Assembly (NCBI GenBank): GCA_964106645.2
Contig: OZ067050.1
Source of the DNA: Podarcis pityusensis
Lineage: Eukaryota
Direction: 5' to 3' (one strand)
DNA length: 64,000 bases
Shown here: positions 21,766 through 32,351 of the stretch, one piece after another
How the letters are laid out: each line of letters starts with the position of its first letter
Numbering within the stretch: position 1 is the stretch's first letter
Translations under genes and position numbers: made by a program
The notes under the pieces: generated by a model
Database searches by the model: none
What the model was told of the DNA's origin: nothing
Seen by the model: only the letters and a program-made list of their open reading frames with translations

Positions 21766-23101
21766 GATCCCTATCAGGGCAGAGAGATTGAGGCTTGTTC
21801 CCGAGACCACTGAGAGTTCCATGTGTGAAACAAAACCCAACTTGAATGATATGATATGATAATGCTGCACCTTCTTTCAAAAACGAAACCTTAAAATTGT
21901 GGAGTTGGCATAGGCAGCCTTCAGAATTCATTGCTGCTGCAAGAGTGAAGACCACGGGCATGGTTGTGGCTTTGAAAAGTTCGTGAAGGCTGGTGGTTCT
22001 GAAAGGTGGAGCAGCCTCTGCGTCTTAAGAGCTACAGACAAACAAGGGAAGGGGTAGCACTTTAGTGCACTTCAGAAACCTCCAACTGGCTACTGTCAGA
22101 AGCAATGAAGTAGAGTAAGATAAGACATTTGGAATTGTTTGGCCTGAGCTGTTGGGGACACATTAGGTAGATCTCAGTCTGCAAGATAGATGGGTCTCCA
22201 TTTTAGTTTTGTCACTGCATTTTTAGTTTGGAGGGACCGAGAAAAATAATCTGGGAGAAGGGCTGTTTTTTTTCCTTCTAAAAACAGAGAAACCGTCCTC
22301 CGAATTTTAACATCTGTCTGAGATATCCCAAACATTTTTTCTTAAAACGACCCGCGATTCCAGCAAATGCTGCCATTGTATTATTGTAGACATAGCACTA
22401 CAGAATAACCTGTGAGATGTATATTCTCTTCTATTACGGATGCTGCAATCCTGATTTTTTTATTTTTATTTTTTGAGCTCTGTATCCTCAGCCTTACCAC
22501 TGTTCTCAGTTGCTGAGATGATTTGGGATGGAGCTGCCTTCTAAACAAATAACCCATCCCAAGCATTTCAGAGGTTTGATGGTGCAATTCTATGATTAAT
22601 CTGAACCTGCATATAGCACAAATACACTGGGGAGATGACGCAAATTGCCTTTAAAAGGCATATGCAAGGTTTCAGACCTGCATCGTTATTTTGTTTCCTC
22701 GCCAAGTTTTGGGCAGCTCCAAACTCCTAACAAGGAATTCTGAGCGGCCTCATAACTCTATACTTCCCAGGAATAGTTTTCACAGGTAAGCCGGTTTTCA
22801 TCAAGCAGGTCAGAATTTCAACAGGCACAAAAAAGCCTTCCTGCATGTCCTTAGGAAGGAGCAAGCCCCATTGGCCTGAGTAAACCTGCAACTGGCCTCG
22901 CCGATTGCAGCCTTCACTTAGAGGAAGTACTGCCTACAGGTTTCAGCAGAGGGCCTTTGTCAGTTTTCTGCCTCCTTGTCATGCCCCTCCACACTTAAAA
23001 GATGGATAACAACCCATCTGCTGATTAGATTCAAGGAAGTATTGTATTTGTTTGACAGAAAAAAGCAAAAATTAAAAACGAAAAGCAAAAGGATGCACTA
23101 A

Positions 23102-26100
23102 TCATTTCTTTACACCTTTGCTTGTGGTTTTCATTACACCAGACCCCTCTCCCTTTGAAGCTTTCAGCTGTGTTGGACTTGAGCCGCCAGCCTTCCCCTT
23201 TGGGGCTCTTGGCCCCTTTTTGGGTGTTGGGTTTGCCGTTTTTGAAAGGTTGGAAGGAGGGTGGTGGGGATATTCACTTTGGAGCACGCTCCCCTCTGGG
23301 GCTGCGGATATTATTTCCGGTACACCGAATGGCCAGGGCGGCCTTTCACTTGTGTTGAACACCAGCTCTCTCAGATTCTGCATCTGCCTCAGCTCCTCCA
23401 AACGGTCTTCATATTCCCTCGCTTCCTCCTCCCTCCGCTGGGCTGAGTGGGCGCCTAACTCCTCACGGAGGTCAGCAAAGAAGTCTGCCAAATGAAGAGG
23501 ATATAAGTAAAAAAGCAGGCCCGCTGTGTCTGGCACTAGAGAAACGCCTCCCCGCCAATTCCTTTTCCTACTGTCCATTCTCAGCAAATGTGCAACGAGA
23601 ATCTATGACTTCCCAGGGGGTTTTAATTTTTTTAAGGGCAACAGTGTGTGCACTCTTGGCCAAAATAATATGAATTATTTGCAATTACATGGAGTCTGCA
23701 TCATCCGGAAGACACTTGCTCGAGAGGCGTGGGAAGCTCTGCGTCAGCAGCTGCTGCCTCTAGAATGGGCACAGAGTGTTCCTTTATGTGGAGATGACTA
23801 GTGGAACCCCACAAGTTTTTGACTAGTGTGCGTCACTGGAACGACTGCCCTTTTGGCCTCGGAACCAGATCAGGCAGGAAGTTGGAGTGTCACTCAAATT
23901 TCCTGCACTTAATTATCCCAGGGATATGAGGCAGCTGCTCTGCTGAAGCTATGGAGTGCTTGGTCAGGTCAGTCTATAAATGGGAAGACCCTCTGGGAAT
24001 GCTACATATAGTTCCATAACAGAGAGAAGTGACATTCAGTGGTACCTCGGGTTAAGTACTTAATTCGTTCTGGAGGTCTGTTCTTAACCTGAAACTGTTC
24101 TTAACCTGAAGCACCACTTTAGCTAATGGGGCCTCCTGCTGCTGCTGCTGCTGCTGCACGATTTCTGTTCTCATCCTGAAGCAACGTTCTTAACCTGAAG
24201 CACTATTTCTGGGTTAGCGGAGTCTGTAACCTGAAGCGTATGTAACCCGAGGTACCACTGTAGTTATCTGCAAGTTATTTCCAACTAAGAAAAGGCCCGT
24301 TCTTCTGTTGCTACCCTCCAGACCTCGCGTGGAAGAGGCACCACGCAAAGCAGGTCCTTGGTCCCTGATGTTCCTAACACCTAAAACCTGGCCTGGAAAC
24401 TTTGGGGGTACCTTTTTCTACGCTCAGAGGTATAGCGAGATCAGACCAATCCTCGTCGCTGTCTTCTGAACTGTCCGTCTCCTCTTCTTCAGTTTGGACG
24501 GTGTCTTTCCAAACACCCTGCGTATCCAGTTCTTTCAGATGGGGCAGAGCTGCCAACACGCGCTCCCTTGGGATGGCAGAAGGAAGCAAGAGTTCTCAAG
24601 CTGGGCATCAAACAAAACATCTTCAAAGCCCATGGCAGCCCCCTAGTGAGGTGGGAACAGTTGCTAAAGGAGAGGCAAACTTCCTAGATGCACCCATTTC
24701 TTTGGCACTTGAATGAAGAATCAGACACAGAGGCCTCCCCGCCCCCCCCCCAATAGCTGCTAGAAGCCATGCTGTTGTTGCTTCAAAAGCCCTGCCACCA
24801 CTTCCCACATCTCCCATCTATTCTGATCCTTCCCTTGAGTTTTTCCTATGGTACTGTGCATAGAAACCTCCCTTCCTGCAGGATGCCCAGGCAACAGGCA
24901 GGCAGGTCCCAGAGATGGGGCAGGTATGCCAACACAGGGAACCGGATGGGAGCGTTGCACTCTTCATCCCTCACCTGTAGGTTCTACATGGGCATGATGC
25001 ACATGCCTAAAGCTATTGGGTGGGATATTATGCAGAAGCGTGGATCGATTCTTGGCGTTACCTGTAGTTGTTCTGCTTAGTGCATTCGTTTCCTGTCAGG
25101 TCAAGGATCACAAGGCTCCGGGGCAGCTCATCTGTGCAGAAAGTTAGGCAGAATCGGGGAAGCTGATGGGAATAAATGCAAACTGGATACAGGATTATTC
25201 AAGTTTAGCACATGAAGCAAAAAATGGGGGATGAGCTCCTTTTTTTACATGGGGCAGCTGCCTTTCTGGTACAGTCAAACCTTGGTTCTCGAATGGCTTA
25301 GTTGATGAACAAATCAGCTCCTGACCACCAAAATCCCAGAAGTAAGTATGTTTTGAACATTTTTTCGGAAGCCAAACATCCAATGTGGCTTCCACTTGAG
25401 TTCAGGAAGCACCTGCAGCCAATTGGAAGCCGTGCCTTGATTTCTGAACGTTCTGAGAGTCGAGTGGACTTCTCAAATGGATTAAGTTTGAGAACCAAAG
25501 TACCACTGTACTAGCTTCTGAGGCCAAAATAAGGGTGGCAAACAGATCTGATTTGTCAACCCAGTGGGAAATTCACCTGCACAAGAGAAATTGAGTTGGC
25601 GGGTACTGGATTTCAAGAGGGGTTTTGTTTTGTTTTGTTTTGTTTTGTTACTTATGCACAGAGTACTCCTAGCCCAGTGTTTTATTAGTCAAATTGGCTG
25701 GATAAGCAGCTGGCCAGTTTGATTTAGTCTTAATACCCACCAGAGTAGGCGGATGGGTGAGTTGTTTTCCACAATGGATCCCAGGGGACTTGATAGTCCA
25801 CAAGAGAGTATTGCAGGTGGTGAAGCTGAGTGTAGGAAAAGCTGTACCTGTGTCCAGTGTTTCAATGCGGTTCTGTGAGAGATCCAGAAACTGCAGCTTT
25901 GGGAGAGTATGGAGGTTCTCCACTTGGCTAATGCGGTTCCCGGCTAGTGTCAGAAAACTGCAGTTGCGTGAGAACACAATAGGAGGAGGTGGTGAGATCC
26001 AGGAGACCAAAGATAACTCTGCCTTCTAGAGAAGGGGAACTGCACACTGAAGTCGTGATTTACTTCTCACTGGGCAGCAGGAAAGAGTTGTGATGCAACT

Positions 26101-29100
26101 CTCAGAGCCAGATGCAGCCAGCCTCTTTTCCCTTCACTATCCTTTATCCCCTGCATTGGTTTAAAATTAGCAATGCACTTCTGCTCCTCACAATTAAAAC
26201 TCCCTGTACCTTTGCTCCTGATGATGGAAGCATAAAAATATCCCCTCCACAATGAAAACCAGCACACCAGAGAGAAGGCCTTTAGCCTATATTCTCTACA
26301 TGGTGGGAATAATACCTCTTACCTCTCTGGGCAGGTCCACGCCATACATTTAAAGAACATTTAATGCACATTTTGGAGAAGCCAAGTGTTTTAAATGTGC
26401 ATTGAATGTTATTTAAATAGGAAGGGGAACTGTACTTCCCATGATCCTTTGGTGGAAGTCATGTGCTTTAAATGAGATTTGGGTGTACTTTACATGTATG
26501 GTGTGGATCCTCTAACTCATCTTTGGTTGGCTGCCTTGTCCCCTCCGACTCTGCTCCTGGTTGTCTTCTGCCATGATCCTCCTATGCATCACAGCCTTCC
26601 CTGCTCTGTTCATCGAACTACTTCCTATTCCTCCTTCAGGACTCACTACTTGAACAAAATATTGACTCCCCAGTTGGCTTGATTTAGAAGCAGTTGAAAT
26701 TCTCTAACTTCCACACAAAATGTCCTTTTAGAGGTAGGGAGGGAGGTAGGTTGGTAGGTAGATAGATACTGTAGATACAGACATACCTTGGAAGTTGAAC
26801 GGAATCCGTTCCAGAAGTCTGTTCGACTTCCAAAATGTTTGACTTCCAAGGCACAACTTCTGATTGGCTGCAGTAGCTTCCTGAAGCCAATCGGAAGCCA
26901 TGGAAGCTGCGCCAGATGTTCAGCTTCTGAAAATCATTCAAAAACCGGAACAATCACTGTATAATGTTGGGGAAACAAGTAATATCACTTACGTCAAGTT
27001 TGGAAAGCAGCTCAAGTTCTCAATTTTCTCTATTTGGTTCTAAAATGAAATTAACATTAATCAGCTTCAGAGCCTCTGAATAATGGAGCCCACACACAAA
27101 CACTTTTTTTCTGCCTGTGTTCCTGGTTCAATACTCCTTCAACACACAACCAAAGTTTTTCACAAAGTCCTTGAACTTGGGCCGATACCTTTCTCCTGGG
27201 ATGCTTCTACACTAACTGACCAGGCTTTGACAGAGCCCCATCTTTTCAAGAGAATGTTGTTGTATCATGGCATTTAATGGTGTGGTGACATATTTTACCT
27301 GTTGCAGGTAGAGGCTGTGGACCTGCTCTAATCCTTGCAGATTTGCGATGCAGCTAATTCTCTCTCTGTCTAGCCGGAGGGTATGAAGAGAAGTCAAGGC
27401 TTGGGATCTAAAAGGAAGAGAAGTTTATCAGAAATCAGCCCCACAGCTCCTCTCCTTCCAGCCCTGAATATTATTACCATCAGAATGAAAGCTTAATGCC
27501 AGCTTAAACATCCATAAGATACTCACATACTCTCTGGGGACTCTTTTTCCACTGGAATGTTCAGGTTCCTCTGAGCAATGAGGGATTTCGTCATACTCAC
27601 TCCTCCTATGGGGAGACAACTTCTGTGAGTTATCTGAAAGCAAAACCACTGGAATTCCCTTTAGATTGCAAAGCCAGGTGATGTTTAGCTAACAATTCAC
27701 TTGAAGTGGCATATTAGACCAAGGGTAGTAATAAAAAAATAAGCATGTCTTCTAAAGGCTCAAATCGCCTCCTATTCATTGACTTCATGATGCTCTAGGG
27801 TTGCCTTATTTTGAAGAGCAAAAAAGAGGACGCATCTGCCGACTTCTACATTTAACTGTGGCTCGCTATGACGACTCTACCCATGAAAAAGAGGACGTGT
27901 CCTGGAAAACAAGGACACATGGCAATGCTATGCAGGGATGACCAGAACATAATTTGTAGTTCAGTGTTGGGACTAGTCATAGAATCATAGAATCATAGAG
28001 TTGGAAGAGACCACAAGGGCCATCGAGTCCAACCCCCTGCCAAGCAGGAAACACCATCAGAGCACTCCTGACATATGGTTGTCAAGCCTCTGCTTAAAGA
28101 CCTCCAAAGAAGGAGACTCCACCACACTCCTTGGCAGCAAATTCCACTGTCGAACAGCTCTTACTGTCAGGAAGTTCTTCCTAATGTTTAGGTGGAATCT
28201 TTTTTCTTGTAGTTTGGATCCATTGCTCCGTGTCCGCTTCTCTGGAGCAGCAGAAAACAACCTTTCTCCCTCCTCTATGTGACATCCTTTTATATATTTG
28301 AACATGGCTATCATATCACCCCTTAACCTCCTCTTCTCCAGGCTAAACATGCCCAGCTCCCTTAGCCATTCCTCATAAGGCATCGTTTCCAGGCCTTTGA
28401 CCATTTTGGTTGCCCTCCTCTGGACACGTTCCAGTTTGTCAGTGTCCTTCTTGAACTGTGGTGCCCAGAACTGGACACAGTACTCCAGGTGAGGTCTGAC
28501 CAGAGCAGAATACAGTGGCACTATTACTTCCCTTGATCTAGATGCTATACTCCTATTGAAGAGGCCCAGAATTGCATTGGCTTTTTTAGCTGCCACGTCA
28601 CACTGTTGGCTCATGTCAAGTTTGTGGTCAACCAAGACTCCTAGATCCTTTTCACATGTACTGCTCTCAAGCCAGGTGTCCCCCATCTTGTATTTGTGCC
28701 TCTCATTTTTTTTGCCCAAGTGCAATACTTTACATTTCTCCCTGTTAAAATTCATCTTGTTTGTTTTGGCCCAGTTCTCTAATCTGTCAAGGTCGTTTTG
28801 AAGTGTGATCCTGTCCTCTGGGGTGTTAGCCACCCCTCCCAGTTTGGTGTCATCTGCAAATTTGATCAGGATGCCCTTGAGTCCATCATCCAAGTCGTTG
28901 ATAAAGATGTTGAATAAGACCGGGCCCAAGACAGAACCCTGTGGCACCCCACTAGTCACTCTTCTCCAGGATGAAGAGGAACCATTGATGAGCACCCTTT
29001 GGGTTCAGTCAGTCAGCCAGTTACAAATCCACTGAGTGGTAGCATAGTCAAGACCGCATTTTACCAGCTTCTTTACAAGAATATCATGGGGCACCTTGTC

Positions 29101-31345
29101 AAATGCCTTGCTGAAATCAAGGTAGGCTACATCCACTGCGTTCCCTTCATCTACCAGGCTTGTAATTCTGTCAAAAAACGAGATCAGGTTAGTCTGACAT
29201 GACTTATTTTTCAGAAATCCATGCTGACTATTGGTGATCACAGCATTCCTTTCTAGGTGCTCACAGACTGTTTGCTTAATGATCTGCTCCAGTCCTTTTT
29301 TAGTGGATCACCTGGCACCTGCTGGTTGCTGGGATTCTGCTAAGGAAGCTTACGTGGACTTTGATGTCATCCATCAAGGCTCTGACTACATTCATATGGT
29401 TTTAAGGAAGAGACTGAGTGCATATTTGTATATTTAGACACTTAACATTGATTAGTTATGCCTGCATATTCTCATTAAAAAAAGAACCAGAAAAACTGAC
29501 ATCAGCCCTCCGTTGGTTGGCAAGACTGAACAACCATCTTCCTTTCTCCTCTGAACAGAGGAACATTGCAAGACCTGTTCTCTGAGCAAATGCAGCAGTG
29601 GTTGGTGTAGGTTGACATGTCTCCACCATTTTGTAGTCCTGTCTCAGCCATTTTGTGCTATCTGATGCTCCCATGGCAGCCATATTGTGACTGGCGCCCA
29701 TGACACTTTCTTAAAATTCCACAGCTGCTGCCCATCATGAACCATGATTTGCAAGATCAGCAGCAACAGCAGCAGATACGTTCTATGCCTGAGATATTCT
29801 TAGTCTCTTGTTAATTATGCCATTTTAAATGTGCATTTTATATTTTACTTTCTTTAGTAATGTTTTCTTTTGAAATGTTATTATTAATTTTGTTTGTTAA
29901 CTTTGCTGTGTTAAATGTGCATTTTGCACTTGATCTCCTTTGTAATGTTTTCTTTGGAAATCTTCAAAACAACATTTTTGTTTCCCATTAATTGCATTGC
30001 TTCAAATGTATGCTTTATATTTGACTTTCTTCTGTACTGTGGATTGTTTTATTTGACATTTTAATGTAGGTTGTAAACCGCTTTGAGGTTTTTTTCCTTA
30101 AAAATATAAAGTGGGATAGAAATTAATAATAATAATAGCCCTATAATACAATGCACAGTCAATCAAAAGGATTTTAATTTTCAAGTTCAGCTAATTTTGG
30201 GCATTAGCTCTTACATGCAAACTTGTTTAATATTTATAATGGAAAGCAAATAAGATCTAACAAATTATTAAGAGCAATTGGCACAGGAGAGTACCTGGAG
30301 TGCCCATAATGATGATAAAGGAAGTTTTCCACCTGCTGAATTTCTCCTCCTCCCCAAAAGCCAGTCCTACACAGATATAGTTGTGGGTATCTATATAGAA
30401 TTCATCATGTGAAAGGCTGGACTGGATGAATCCCAAGCCGGAATGAAGATTGCTGGAAGAAATATCAACAACCTCAGATATGCAGATGACACAACTTTGA
30501 TGGTAGAAAGTAAGGAGGAATTAAAAAACCTCTTAATGAGGGTGAAAGAGGAGAGAGCAAAATATGGTCTGAAGCTCAACATCAAAAAAACCAAGATCAT
30601 GGCCACTGGTCCCATCACTTCCTGGCAAATAGAAGGGGAAGAAATGGAGGCAGTGAGAGATTTTACTTTCTTGGGCTCCATGATCACTGCAGATGGTGAC
30701 AGCAGTCACGAAATTAAAATACGTCTGCTTCTTCAGAGAAAAGCGATGACAAACCCAGACAACATCTTAAAAAGCAGAGACATCACCTTGCCGACAAAGG
30801 TCTGTATAGTTAAAGCCATGGTTTTCCCAGTAGTGATGTATGGAAGTGAGAGATGGACAATAAAGAAGGCTGATCGCCGAAGAATTGATGCTTTTGAATT
30901 ATGGTGCTGGAGGGGACTCTTGAGAGTCCCATGGACTGCAAGAAGATCAAACCTATCCATTCTTAAGGAAATCAGCCCTGAGTGCTCACTGGAAGGACAG
31001 ATCGTGAAGCTGAGGCTCCAATACTTTGGCCACCTCATGAGAAGAGAAGACTCCCTGGAAAAGACCCTGATGTTGGGGAAGATGGAGGGCACAAGGCAAA
31101 GGGGACGACAGAGGACGAGATGGTTGGACAGTGTTCTCGAAGCTGCCAACATGAGTTTGACCAAACTGCGGGAGGCAGTGGAAGACAGGAGGGCCTGGCG
31201 TGCTCTGGTCCATGGGGTCACGAAGAGTCGGACACGGCTTAATGACTAAACAACAACAAAATGTACCTGTACATATAACACACAGAGAACCAGCCCCACT
31301 TAGGGGTTAAGACACCTTCAGACACGATTACTCACCTCCTGACAT
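23102..31345 (-). CDS. LRRC46: Leucine-rich repeat-containing protein 46, 8 coding exons (~320-330 aa); exon 2 frame/acceptor ambiguous
   Basis: Minus-strand exons: 31336-31345 (ATGTCAGGAG|gtgagt; a second ATG at 31348), 27527-27633 (or 27527-27605), 27299-27407, 26993-27039, 25848-25957, 25062-25131, 24412-24566, 23102-23484. LRR peptides [79 protein letters not shown]; LRR cap [29 protein letters not shown]; acidic tract; basic C-terminus. Expected position between SCRN2 and MRPL10. Confidence 0.9.
27977..29292 (-). mobile_element. 5'-truncated CR1 LINE (RT domain + 3' end) in LRRC46 intron 1
   Basis: RT motifs [30 protein letters not shown] in ORFs 29005-29241 and 28057-28995, which are in frame and separated by one TGA; (ATTCTATG)n tail. 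Confidence 0.95.
30395..31260 (+). mobile_element. 5'-truncated RTE-BovB LINE in LRRC46 intron 1
   Basis: Open 268-codon ORF with [11 protein letters not shown] and the end ...[12 protein letters not shown], then a (CAA)n tail. Confidence 0.95.
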
Positions 31346-32351
31346 CATTGATGGAAAGGGTCACCAGCCGGGATACCTTGCCCACACCACTCCCAGCAGT
31401 GCAACAGGCCTATCTATGCTGAGTGTGAGGCACCCTGGGAATTTGTGGTGCTGTGAGGCGGGGAGGAAGGGAACCTGAAGCAGCTACAGTTTGGAAATCT
31501 CCATAGCAACCGTTCGGAACTAGTGTCAAGGTCGTCCTGGCAACAAGCCCTGGGAGCGGGGAGGGGAGAAACGGCCTTAGCAGCAGCAGCAGCTTGGAGG
31601 TTGCCTAGCAACGGGTGGGAAGTCGCGGGATCTCCTTAGCAACAGGCAGAGAGGGTGATGTGGGATTCCCCGTAGGAAGGCGTGGAAGGCTTCCCTTGAA
31701 AGTGGCCGTGCGGCAACTGCGGGAGGGGAGAGAGAAGGGTGATTTGTGGGGGTGGGGCAGTGCCCTTTCGGGCAAGAGCTTGCAGCAGGATTCAGCCTAG
31801 CAAGGAGAGTGCATGCATTGGGGTATGTTTCTCCTGAGGGAGGTTAGGCGGCTTGCGGGGCATCCTTTGCAAAGCCTCAAAGGCTTGAGAAAGGGGTCTT
31901 CCGAGTTGCACCTTGAGGAGAGGGGGAGCCCCAGTCCGAAGGAGGCCTTAAGCACACCTGGAGTGGGGGGTCTTGAGGAAGGGTCTCAGCTGTAGCGAGA
32001 GACGGGGCGGGGTGGGTCTCGATGAGATTTTATTTTTTTAAGAAGCAACAGCTTGGCGCATTTAGGGGAGTGGATGGAGGAGGTCGTGAAGTCTTCCCTT
32101 AGCAACAACAAGCGAGGGCTGCTGGGAAACAAAAACCTCCGCCTTTCCCTTCTGTGAAAGAATTGTGTAGCAGAAAAGCGCGCGCAACCCGTTGCTAATA
32201 GCCAGGAGGTTTCTTTTTATTTGTCAGGCTTCATAAGGGGAAAAAATGGGTTCCTTCTCCTTTAAACCTCCCCACCGCCCACCCAAGGAGGAGCTATGCT
32301 TCCCATCCCATAATGCTCGGCTTCTGTTCCCCGCACACCCCTCAAGATGGC
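31346..32351. promoter_or_regulatory. Bidirectional LRRC46/MRPL10 promoter with RFX X-box cluster and YY1-like motif
   Basis: Divergent ATGs ~1 kb apart; GC-rich. GTTGCCTAGCAAC at 31600-31612, GTCGTCCTGGCAAC at 31531-31544, further TAGCAAC half-sites at ~31504, ~31637, ~32100. AAGATGGC overlaps the MRPL10 ATG. Confidence 0.75.

Noticed and set aside
30443-31249. Domesticated reverse transcriptase gene
   Set aside because: A 5'-truncated BovB with its normal tail; near-identical fragments occur at 37.7 and 44.8 kb.
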